From: Octopus vulgaris
Lineage: Eukaryota
Direction: 5' to 3'
DNA: 64,000 nucleotides
Assembly: GCA_951406725.2 (NCBI GenBank)
Contig: OX597816.1
Location: 121,768,001-121,832,000, forward strand
Shown here: positions 52,960-64,000 of the stretch, piece after piece
Position numbering within the stretch: the first letter of the stretch is position 1
How the letters are laid out: every line of letters begins with the position of its first letter
The notes under the pieces: generated by a model
What the model saw: only the letters and a program-made list of their open reading frames with translations
What the model was told of the DNA's origin: nothing
Databases searched by the model: none
Made by a program: the position numbers and the translations under genes

Positions 52960-55280
52960 CAAATGAAAACAAGAGTATTTTGTCTTTGGACGAATCCGAT
53001 ACTGATATTAGTGAATATTCGTTGGACGAGGAGGATATTGAGAACAAAAGTGATAAAAATGGTATGACAACATTGTCAAAGACTACAACACCAATTACTA
53101 TTCCTGATTTTACAGAAAACACTGGTCCACAACACAATTTACCTCTTGATGCTCAACCATTGGACTACTTATTTTTATTTTTACCAGAAAGTTTTTTTTG
53201 AAAATGTTATGGAGGAAACAAACAACTATGCACAATGTATAATTTCTATTCATGGAAGAAACAATCCACTATGTCAGCCAATTTATACTGTGTAAATGAG
53301 AGCGTTTTTCACAATATTACGTTTGGTGTTAAACAGCTTCCTCAACCGTGGAACTACTGGAGTCCTGATAGATATCTCAAGTATAAGACAAGGTATTCGA
53401 AAATATCTCAGTATTTACATTTAATTGATTCTGTTAATGCCCCCAGCAAAAATGACCCACACTACAATCCCTTGTACAAAGTATGTCCTGTAATTGATTT
53501 ACTCCTTAATAGTTATAAAACTGTGTATGTACCTGAGAAAAATCTCAGTGTAGATGAAGCCATGATAGTCTATAAGGGCAGAGTACATTTTTGGCAGTAC
53601 ATGCCTGCCAAAGCCACTAAACGAGGGATCAAGGTATGGGAGGTTTGTGAATCAGACACTGGATATTGCATAAACTTTGATGTTTACACAGGTAAAAAAT
53701 ATAATGGGAACAGACCATATGGATTGGGACATGATGTAGTACGGTCTCTTACTGAACCATTTCACCATCAGCACTGACACTGCTAGTTTGAATGTTATTT
53801 TTTCTTCACTGGCTTTGGCAGAAAATCTTGCCCATGTAAGTACTTACATGTGCAGTACTGTTATGGGCAGCTGTAAAGGTTTACCCCGTGAAATGAAAAC
53901 AAAATTTATAAAAAAGAGGGGTCATTTTACAAATGCAAAAGGAAAATTTATTAGTTACTGCTTTCAAACACAAAAGACAGATTTTATTTCTGTCTACTAA
54001 TGAACAACTTGGTATTGGTGCTGAGGAGAAATCCCTAGTGAATAGTTATAACAAATATATGGGTGGGGTTAATAAATCTGACCAATATTGAGCACATTAC
54101 CCTGTTGGTCAACCTGGGAAGAAATCATGGAGGTATATTTTATAGTTTTTTTAGTTAATTTAATTACAGTTAATTCATATATTGTATATGTAAAAAGCCA
54201 CAAGGTACCTCCACCACCAAAGGACTATGACCATTTGAAATTTCGGTTGACATTGATTCCCAGTTATGTGAGGGCTTTTCTTCTAGAAAGCACACAACTG
54301 GGAGAAAAGCAAAATTAACTGAAGTGTGTGTCAAGGAGAAAATATTGACTTTTATAAAGTCAAAAAGATAAATGGTAAAGAAACAGTTTGGAGACTGTGT
54401 TCGCTGCTAAAAAGAAAAACTGCAAAAGGGTATCAGATCAAGACTTCGTATATGTGTTTCTTTTGCAAAGTGCTTTTGTGTAAAAGGTGCTTGGGCAGTT
54501 TCATGACAGAAATATGTCATAACTATATTATTTTATCATATATTCCTTTTCATTTTATTATAAATATGTGAAAGTGAGAAATACATAATAATTTTCAATA
54601 TGTTACACACCTGTATTCACCTTTATCTCACCTGTTAATGAGCTTTTTTTATTAGATGCATTCTGTTATGTAATTGAATTCATTAAATTGTATAAGAGTA
54701 CATAGCCAATGGTGTATTGACTAGTAAAAGAGTTTTGTACTTCATTTTCAATGAAATACAGAGAAAGAATAAAATCTTGTACCAGTTACACCTGTATTTT
54801 AATTAATTCAAATTTAAAAAAAGCTCATTAACAGGTGAGACAAAGGTGGATACAGGTGTGTAACATACTGAAAATTAATATGTATTTCTCACTTACACAT
54901 ATTATCTTGAAAAATGTAAAATTGTTTCCATTATATTTTTTAAATGTGTAAACATCAAATAATTTTAGTAACAAATGAAACAGGTAAGATATATTAAGAA
55001 TATGAATTTTAGTATTTATTCCTAATATTGTTTTTACACCTGTAAATTAAATTTACCTGCCCATAGAAGTCAAATTTAATTAGAAAGATCAGCTAAAATT
55101 ATGTAACTATAAACCACTGGCATATAAGTACCCATTTACAAAATTTCAAATCTGTATGTAGAAAATTAACAAGTTACAAGCAAATATTGTGGAAACCCCA
55201 CTTAAACCTGAATAAATCAAACTTAATGTGAACAGATAAGCCTTACATTTGACAAATTCATCTGAACACTAAAGGGTTAA
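52960..55280 (+). mobile_element. Decayed piggyBac transposon (PGBD4-like transposase) with right end
   Basis: Acidic N-terminus, LSVDEAMIVYKGR...QYMPAK.TKRGIKVW, YNKYMGGV.K.DQ, C-terminal Cys-rich domain; ends aaaggg-TTAA at 55271-55280; left TIR not found. Confidence 0.92.
54563..54903. repeat. 88-bp inverted repeat inside the piggyBac 3' region
   Basis: 54563-54650 versus 54816-54903, 5 mismatches, 165-bp spacer. Confidence 0.92.
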
Positions 55281-56589
55281 AGCTTCTGTAGACTCCTGTT
55301 TTACAGCTTTGTAAATCAAATCAAAGAAGAACAAAGTATTTTGCTGAGGACCACATTGAAATGCTAGTGATGCATTTGAATTGAGGATCCATGAGAAGAC
55401 AGCCCCAAAACTAAGCAGTTTTGAACTGTTGCCTCTATCAGTGGAAATCTAGATATAACAGTATTTTACTAGGCAAAATACCAATCAGTCACTTGTTGAA
55501 AATCTGATTTTTTTTAAAAATGTAAACAAGTTAGAAAGAGAAGTTACTCATCAGACTAGAAGTAATATTGATTATGCTTAATGTACGGAGGTCATGCTCT
55601 GTATCTATCTTAATTAATTGGTCTGGATGGCTTTAACGTTATTGAGCCATTGCAGCAATGTTAAGTCATAAGATAACATCAGAGAGAGAGTGAGACAGAT
55701 TATCATTAATATTATCAAACATTCACAAATGGCATACAGATGAGATAGAGCCCCCACAACTGAACTTAGGCACAAATTTCACCGATTTGTTTTCTTTCGT
55801 AATCAATAAATCACATTTAATCTGTTGAAATAATTAACCATAGAAATGCTTCTTTGCCAAGAATAATTATTGCTTCTTAAATACTAAAATACACATTTTC
55901 AAAATGATACTGAGTTTAAAGGAAGCCCTGTGTAGCACTGTCTGTTGTTGATTCAATCAAGTTTCCTCTTGAGAGTAAAGGAGTATATGTTACTCATTAT
56001 CATATACTAACTTAACTGTAATAACCTTGATAGTTTAGATGATGATGATGATGAGAAATTTCTAATATAGAGGTAAGGCCACATATTTGGAGAGATGTGT
56101 ATAGTTAGTTAAATTAATCCAATGTGCTGGACTGGTACTTATTTCATCAATGACAGAAAAATGAAAAGCAAAGCTGATCTTAATGAGATTCAGATTCCAA
56201 ATATCCTTATTCATCTCTCCATATAGAAGATAACTATGACATCACTATTGGATTGGTTGGGGAGTGATTACAAATCAATATGTAGGCAGCCCAAAACATT
56301 CTCAGTATCCTCAACTCATTTACTCCTAGCTTGCTTAGAAGTTACACTGCAATATGAGGTTGTGCTAGATAAATATCTCAAAAGTAAGATTCTCCCAGGA
56401 TTCTGGATTGACCTTGAAGTCTTTTAGGGATACCTCAAGAATACTCTACACACCAAGTGAATGTTTCCTCACTTACCAAAAACAAAAAGAGTTTCCGCAG
56501 TTCTGGCATTGTGGTCAGGCAGTGCATGCTTCATGATTGAGAAACCTGTGTTTGAGATGTTGTCCTGCCAATTAATGTACAGCATTCTA

Positions 56590-56820
56590 ATTTCTTTATT
56601 GCCCACAAGGGGCTAAACATAGAGGGGACAAACACGGACAGACAAAGGGATTTAGTTGATTACATAGACCCCAGTGCGTAACTGGTACTTAATTTATCAA
56701 CCCCAAAAGGATGAAAGGCAAAGTCGACCTTGGCGGAATTTGAACTTAGAATGTAACGGTAGACGAAATACCGCTAAGCATTTCGCACAGCCTGCTAATG
56801 TTTCTGCCAGCTCACAGTCT
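56590..56820 (-). mobile_element. tRNA-headed SINE (type A tail) with 15-bp TSD
   Basis: TSD aatgtacagcattct at 56574-56588 and 56828-56842. Confidence 0.9.
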
Positions 56821-57547
56821 TTCACAGAATGTACAGCATTCTGTGAAAGCAGTTCAGTTGGAATCTTAAGCTCATTCTGTCTAATACAGCTGAATTTACC
56901 AAACCATTACTCTCCATAACAATCATTTTCATCCCAGCACTGAGAGTTTATATTTTTTAGAGCATGGAGTCAATAAGGACTATCTTCTCTTTAAAGAATG
57001 ATCAAAGATATTTTATAAATATGCTTTCTTTCATTTTCCCTTTCACTGTCACAAATATAGGTAAGAGTATCAATGTCACTCATGGAGGAAATTGCTTTTT
57101 TATGAAATTATAACAGCCAAGCTGACAACAAGGTGAAAGATATCTACAGAAGTTCAAATTGTCGACTACAAGTTTCTTTCTCCATGTAAAGAGCAGACTG
57201 TATGAGGCAAAGATTGTTTATCTTAAACAGCTCAATGTTATATGATCACATAACATGAATAAAAACAGAAAATTTTTTTAAAAATGAGGAGCAGCAAACT
57301 GAGTTTGCTGCAGAATAATTGACAAGAATAGCTGAGTACAAGTGAATTGCAAAAGTAGTTAATGCATATATGACAAAGCAGACAATTATGCTAGTAGGGA
57401 TATATAACACAAATGGACAAGTACTAATGAGAGTAGGGGGATAAATAAATAAAATATTAAGTATTTTAAGGAAACAGTTGAAGCTATGTTAACCTTAGCA
57501 AAAGTGGATCATGAGAATTTTGGGAGAAGAACTAAGATCATTATTAA

Positions 57548-57768
57548 CCCTTTCGTTACCGTATTTATTTTGAGATGCTTTGTTTTTCTCTCAATTATTT
57601 TAAATATAACAAAGAATTTAGTAAAATAACTTAGCTATCATTAAGCTAGTGTTAGGAATATAAATTGCAACTAATGTTTGGTGGTATATTTTGATGCAAA
57701 ACTTATGAAAACAAGACATTTGTACTACAGAGCCAGAGCCAGTTTTGGCCGGGTTAGTAACGAAAGGG
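57548..57768. mobile_element. piggyBac-type MITE
   Basis: TTAA-ccctttcgttac ... gtaacgaaaggg-TTAA; perfect 12-bp TIR and TTAA duplication. Confidence 0.9.
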
Positions 57769-58108
57769 TTAAGAATATTTGATGTCAGAGATGACAATAT
57801 GCATGCTTTGAAAACCTATCATATGGGCATGACTGTATGATAAGGAGCTTGCTTCCCAACCTCATGATTCTGGATTCAGTCTGTGTGGCACCTTGAGCAA
57901 GTGCCTTCTACTATAGACCAGGCCAACCAAAGCCTTGTGAGTGGATTTGGTAGACAGAAACTGAAAGAAGTCCATGGTCGGTGTGTGTGTTCCTTATGCA
58001 TTCAGAAACTGAGTTGCCAATTTTGGCATATGGGGTATCTAAAAATTCAATAATCTTTCTGCTACCAAATAAACTTTATTTTCGTTTACATATTTTCTAT
58101 GTTTTCTC

Positions 58109-58462
58109 AACAACCTGCTATAGTTACTTGAAAGACACTGCTCTACATCGACCAGGTTTCATTAGAAAGTGAAAATAGTTTCACACTTTCAATTTGAACC
58201 AAAATTACGTGACGATGTGTGAATAATGAAAGTAATGTTTCTCTGAATTAGTTACATCCGTACTATAATAATCAAAAACAACCTGCTATACTTACTTGAA
58301 AGACACTGCACTACAACAGACAAGTTTCATTAGAAAGTGAAAATAGTTTCACATTTTCAATTTGAACCAAAATTACTAAGTTTCGCATTACAAGAGTGAC
58401 GATGTGTGAATAATGAAAGTAATGTTTCTCTGAATTAGTTACATCCGTACTGTAATAAACAA
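58109..58462 (+). repeat. Tandem duplication of about 168 bp; second copy has a 19-bp insertion
   Basis: acaacctgctata...gttacatccgtact.taataa repeated at about 58110 and 58278. Confidence 0.85.
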
Positions 58463-60296
58463 AGCTGCTTTAACATCTATCTATATACACAAAAGCTACC
58501 AAATAAACTGTTTTTGGCACAACACATTTTTAATGCTAAAAGAGGTCGGGTCGCACAATTTTGAGGTCACTTTCAGGCAATATTTTGATTTGCTTCTAAT
58601 GTTTCACTTTCATCCGATGTTTCACACATGTATTGAATTCTACTCTGACAAACATTATGAAAATGTACATGTAAATATTGTATTAAAATAAACCAAAACC
58701 AAAAAACTTTCATTAAAAGACATCCATTTCTCTAGGTGTTATGAGGAAATAGTCACTCACTCATACATACAAAACAGATGTATGCATATATATTTATGTA
58801 CATGTATATGAAAGATAATGTGTGTGTGTGTGTGTGAGATAGATCAGGAGAGAGAGAGAGAGCAAGCGAGTGCCACTTACACATACATGCAAAAAGATAA
58901 AATACATACAACACAAACTTTCACTCTCTCTATCTCTCTCTCACACACACATCCATCCATTTCATATACACGTACATACATCTTTCACTTTCTGACCTCA
59001 CTTCAAAGCAAATGCTGCCTTTTCACTTCCTCCTCTCTTCAAATCATAAAGAAAGAAAAATTTTTTTACAGAAATTAACGAACAGTAATATGATCTCATA
59101 TAATCGGGATAAAAACTCTACTGCTTCAAATGAAAGAATGCCATAAAATAACTTCTTTTGGCATACACACACACACTAGGTAAAACTTTTGTATGAATTA
59201 TGTTATTTCTTGCTGTGTGCACATGCAAAATTACAGCTCAAATCCAATTAAAATAACCTTTATCCATTCTGTAATTTGTGTTTGTGATGAGCATATTTAA
59301 AAACCTGATCTTTAATATAAACTTAAAAGGAAGTTTTCCCAGAAATCCTGTCCATTACCTGTTGTTTCTAGCATGTCCGAGGTGACATTTGTGCCCCACC
59401 ACTTATTTTTTTCCTGAATTTCTTCCAATTCCTGTTTTCTATACAAGAAATTAGGATTTCACTCGAACAACACGTTCTCAATATTTAAATTTTCTCCTTC
59501 TCTTCCCCAATATCTTCATTTTTTTTTTTCCAAATTTTTTTTCTTGGTAATCCACAGAAAGTATAAATCTTTGAGAATATTCTTCTTCCTTTCTTCTTAA
59601 AAGAAACACTAAAATCTCTTTTCTAAACATCAACCCATCACCTCACCACTTTCAGAAAGCTACAAACTACCACTGTTTCACTTTAATCTATCTGGAAATT
59701 GGGGAAGTTTCTTCAGAAATAATGTTTACCTGTTGTTTCTAACATGCCGGATTTACTGGTGGTGGTCTGGTATTTCAGAACAATTCTACGCATGTGTGAA
59801 ACATCAGATGAAAGTGAAACATTGGGAGGTTTTAGCTTTTTGAAAGCAGGTGATGGGTGGGCAGTGTGGGGGAAGGGGCATTAAGTAATTTCCCAGATTC
59901 GTAATCTCTGTATTTTTCTAGGTCGTTAAAAAAGAATTCGAAAAATGTTACAAATTAAGAAATTTCGATAGGGACAGGGGAAAATTAAAATTTAAAAAAT
60001 GTGATTTCTGGGCAAAATTGTATTAACCCCCTTTTATACGATGAAACAATACATAGTTTGTGATCCTTCTTAAGAACAGAAAGCACTTTCATGCAAACCC
60101 ATGCAAATAGTACCCTTGCCCAATTCACTTTTAAACAAACAATAACTTCCATTACACCAGTAATCCAGTTCACTATATATCAGCTGTGCTGATTCTGCCC
60201 ATAAGAAAGGAACAAATAATAAAATGTGGCTGTAGGTCATAACATCTGGCCAATGCTGGGATGCATCACTAGTATGTATGTATGTATGTATCTCTA

Positions 60297-60360
<64 letters not shown>

Positions 60361-60379
60361 GAAATATGTTACCAAAAGA

Positions 60380-61290
60380 AAATAGAAACTACACGTAGAA
60401 ATGTAAGGGGAAAGTAAGAAGAAAAATAATCGAAAATGCACATTGGAAATCAAAAAAAGTAAAGGCTTTTTATGAAAAGTAACGAAAGATATATACAAGT
60501 AGATGAACCGAGGTAGGAATAAAAGTAATTACAGTCATTATTGTGAATTGTTAAAGAGATTCAAAAGCATACCGGTTTCGTAAAATTACTGATCACTGCT
60601 TTGAATGCACACCGATTAGCAAACGTTGTCGGGTCTACTAGTCTCTGAGTAAAAAGATTATGTGTAAGGGACGTAAGTAGTTCTTGATTTGGGGCAATTA
60701 GGGTAGATATAGATCTGTAATGTGAATGGTGTATGGGATGTATGGGGATTAGTGGTATTAATTGAAAGGTTAGTAGTGTTCTGTATTAAGCTATGTGTTC
60801 ATATTCAGTTGTGGAAGATATTTATTGATGAAAGTTGCCTCTTTATTCATTCTTTGTTGTACAGAGGTGTTCTGTGAACATTGATAGAAGGGGAAAATTA
60901 GGAAATTAGGATTAAGGCTCCTAGCACACCTTTCTATGTGTTCACTGACCTGTATCTGTCTGTAATGTAGGTGACAGATTTCTTCTTTGTAGAGAGTGGT
61001 TCTTCAAGGGAATGATATTCCTATTTGGCCAATATAATGATTACTACACCCTACGCATGTAATGGCAAAGATTAGATTTTCTGAAGCACTAGTGAAATTT
61101 GATATAATCTAAAATATTTCACCTTGTTTAAATCACAGGTGATCTAAATGACTAAGATTAGATTTTCTGAAGCACTAGTGAAATTTGATATAATCTTAAA
61201 TATTTCACCTTGTTTAAATCACAGGTGATCTAAATGACTAAGTATGCTGGGTAAGTGTTGTAACGGATTACCAGGGCTTCAAGTTTAAAG
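60380..61290 (-). mobile_element. Penelope-like element 3' fragment: GIY-YIG domain plus 3' UTR/pLTR
   Basis: ASENLIFAITCVGCSNHYIGQIG...YRQIQVSEHIERCA...FLIFPFYQC....RMNKEATFINKYLPQLN, stop at 60793-60791; 86-bp tandem duplication 61068-61239. Confidence 0.88.
60559..60606 (-). ncRNA. Minimal type I hammerhead ribozyme, G3-C8 core variant
   Basis: AUUCAAAGCA GUGAUCA GUA-auuu-UAC GAAA CCGG UA UGCUUUUGAAU; lies about 185 nt downstream of the PLE stop codon. Confidence 0.82.
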
Positions 61291-61425
61291 TCAAGACAGG
61301 AGTTATGGAACCATTTTAGATTTCCAATATAGCAGATATATAATTGTTAAAGAGGACAACAAATGTTAAGGCAAGTCAAAAATCTCAAGTGATATACATT
61401 ATTATTATTATTGGAAAAATTCAAA

Positions 61426-61481
61426 GTCTTACAGCTGTTTCTGGGATATCCCAGAGTATGGAATATTCTGTCATTAGAGAC
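61426..61481 (-). ncRNA. Minimal type I hammerhead ribozyme motif, mutated, in a probable second PLE terminal fragment
   Basis: GUCU CUAAUGA CAGAAUAUUCC-auacucu-GGGAUAUCCCA GAAA CAGCUG UA AGAC; palindromic stem III; G5 changed to A. Confidence 0.78.
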
Positions 61482-63287
61482 AAATAGGGAAAATGAGAAG
61501 AGTATAGATTAATGAAATGACAACATAAAGGACAGAAAAAAAGGAATGTGATGAAGAAAGAGAAAAAAGAAGCATAAAAGTTCACAGTTCAACTATCTAA
61601 TCATGTAGATGTTAGTCCATAAGTCCTTAGGTGCAATCCTGCATAAATCCGTGTAGGTTATAGTCATAATAGTGTAAATATCTAGAAGTGGATGCGAACG
61701 TACACACACACGTGTATAGGTATGTTTGTTTGTGTCCCCACAACTACCACTTGACAATTGGTGTTGCTTTGTGTCCCTGTAACTAATAGGTTCAGCAAAA
61801 GAGATCAGGGATTACAAAAAATAAATAAATAAAATTACATAATGATAATAATAATAAGTAAAGAGGCCGAGTCATTCAACTTAAATCCTTCAAGGTGGTA
61901 CCCCAGCATGGCCACAGCCCAATGACTGAAATGAGTAGAAGATAAAAGATAATCTATGAAGTAGATAAATACAAATGGCAATGATGATAAAATAGAGAGC
62001 GGAAAATTAAAAGTAGTTGAAATACCATCCAACAAAAGTAATTAACACATTTGAAAATTACTGCAATTATGCAGGTCAGGGTAATTTGATTACGTACATG
62101 CATATATGTGAGTAGTGACATATATGAGAGGAAGACATAACCAGTGAGCCAAACACATAAAACAACATTGTTTAATAATTTAGTGACCTCCACTGTTAAT
62201 TTAAAATTGTGTGACATAATTTTACAAATACCATTTAAGGACAATGAAGATATACAAGCTGATGATGATGATGATAATGATGAAAGTAAAAATAATGAAT
62301 TTATTTGCCTGCTGGACAGAAAGGTAAAAGACATTACAAACAGATATATGAGACTATATAAAGTATAGAGTGTGCTATGAATAACAATAAGATAGACAAC
62401 TATATGAGTCACCTTGTTCTTCCACCAACACCACCTCTAATGATGTCATTGATAAGTAAAGTGATTCTAATGTCAAAACAACTGGTCAGCTGTCATCTTG
62501 AAAATAATATGCTGATCAACAGTCTTATTAAATGTTTTGTTTAGTAAGCAGGACATTGAGATTAGGCTTAAACCACTCACTGCCATTCAATCAAGTCATG
62601 AAGCAGATAAAATACAACCAATTGTTAAACTCCAACAATGTATTAACATATGACTAACTGTGAAGTAGATAAAAATATGTAATATGGGAAATAGCTACTT
62701 CCTGAAATATTAATCTCATTGAAATATTCCAAAAAGTTTATAAGTTTTTTTTTTTTGTTGTTTTTTTTGCTTTTTCTTGTGAGTATGCACTGAATTGTTA
62801 AAAATTGTAGGCCATAGTTTTAGGCATCTGACAGTGTTAACTGTGAATGAGACTGACAACTAATATTAAGCATAACTCAACACTAGTAACAAATGCTTGA
62901 AATGATCCATCCTCCCAGCTCCAGAAATGTCTGGGTTGAAAACCTTTGACAATAGATCTGCTTGGCCATGGGCTTCAACAACAACTATTCAAATTAATAT
63001 TACACTGTTGTTCAACTTGTTAAAGATAGCACCCAAATCACCCTCAAATAACACCCTACTGTATTAAAAAAGAGAAAAGACATGAGGAATAATATATCTC
63101 CAGATAAACAGAACAGAAGCACAATCACTGTTTCATATCAAGGAAATAATCATGTACTTCAAGTTCTTGTTTGGGATACCATACAATTAAAACCCTCACA
63201 GTTGTTCTCTTCACAGCCTTTAAACACCTCAGTTATGATCAACTACTACCCTCAACAAAGCTTACCAAAAGCCATCAGAAGGGTACA

Positions 63288-63650
63288 ATTTCCACGTCAG
63301 GAGGGTATGTTTTGATTGTCGTTAGTTTGTCCATCTATGTGCAAAATAACTCAGAAAGTTGTGAACGGTATTCAATGAAACTTGCAGGAAAAGTTGGTAA
63401 TGACACAAGGAACTGATGATGAAATTTTGGTAGTGATCCAGGAATTTTTATGGATTCTTGAAGGATTTTTCATTTGTTATATTTACTTTACATGAAGTAT
63501 TGTTACGTACTTTGATTATCTCCCTTGAAAACACTTCAGCTCCATGTAACCTATGGTGGTGTTGCTGTTTCCAAAGTTTATTTTTGTTTCTCTATTAGTA
63601 ATTTTACTTGCGTATCTATCTTAAAATGAGCTGCTTGGCAGAGGTCTGCA
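63288..63650 (+). mobile_element. Helentron-associated (HINE/DINE-like) non-autonomous element, tentative
   Basis: 5' ccacgtcaggagggtatgtttt...aaaataactcagaaagtt...aatgaaactt and 3' cttggcagaggtctgc resemble HINE subterminal repeats. Confidence 0.5.
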
Positions 63651-64000
63651 GAGGATGACATGACAAGCCTTGACTATTGGGATCGACTCAAAAAGCTCAG
63701 GCTTTGCTCCCTCCACTGCCGCTGTGAGCTCTATTTCATCTGTATGATGTGGAAAATATTCCATCAACATTGCTCATCTTTAAAATTTGTCCAAGGCTTG
63801 GGCCCCGTGCCATCTGTCCACTATAGAAATGTTCATGTCATATCACAACACTATGACAGAACTATTTCACCTCAATTGGCCCTGTTCTCTTCAACATCGT
63901 GCCAGACACACATAAGGGAGGAAAGTGACTTCACAGCATTCAAACGATCCCTAGATGATTACCCCCAACAAATACCAGATAAACCATCCACACTCAGATA
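63651..64000 (+). mobile_element. CR1/L2-group LINE ORF2 C-terminal fragment
   Basis: LDYWDRLKKLRLCSLH.R.E.Y....MWKI ... FTSIGPVLFNIVP ... FKRSLDDY..QIPDKP. Confidence 0.8.

Noticed and set aside
61954-62412. 152-aa minus ORF and overlapping acidic plus ORF
   Set aside because: Driven by (GAT)n and AT-rich sequence; no domain or splice signals recognised.
46558-64000. WDFY2 exon 1 (about 45 N-terminal codons)
   Set aside because: No matching exon found by eye; it probably lies beyond the window, although a diverged exon could have been missed.

Overview
AT-rich, repeat-dense animal genomic DNA; the SINE and microsatellite content suggests a cephalopod such as Octopus (inference). Two convergent genes are present: the last coding exon of mannose-6-phosphate isomerase (MPI, +, 1980-2195) and 11 coding exons of WDFY2 (-, 46557 down to 8819; exon 1 not found in the window). 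WDFY2 contains one U12-type GT-AG minor intron (21795-24731). The introns hold decayed mobile elements: Penelope-like elements (PLEs), mariner, Tigger/pogo, piggyBac, MITEs, RTE, CR1-like and Dong/R4 LINE pieces, and many tRNA-derived SINEs. Main discoveries: (1) minimal type I hammerhead ribozyme motifs, including a PLE-linked one with a natural C3-G8 to G3-C8 core swap (60559-60606) and one embedded in the tail of a tRNA-headed SINE (45918-45963); (2) a CUUGU-loop hairpin with co-varying stems shared by three SINE tail types and by two tandem ORF1-only (zinc-knuckle, no RT) retroposons. Repeat boundaries are approximate and family names come from recognised motifs, not database searches.
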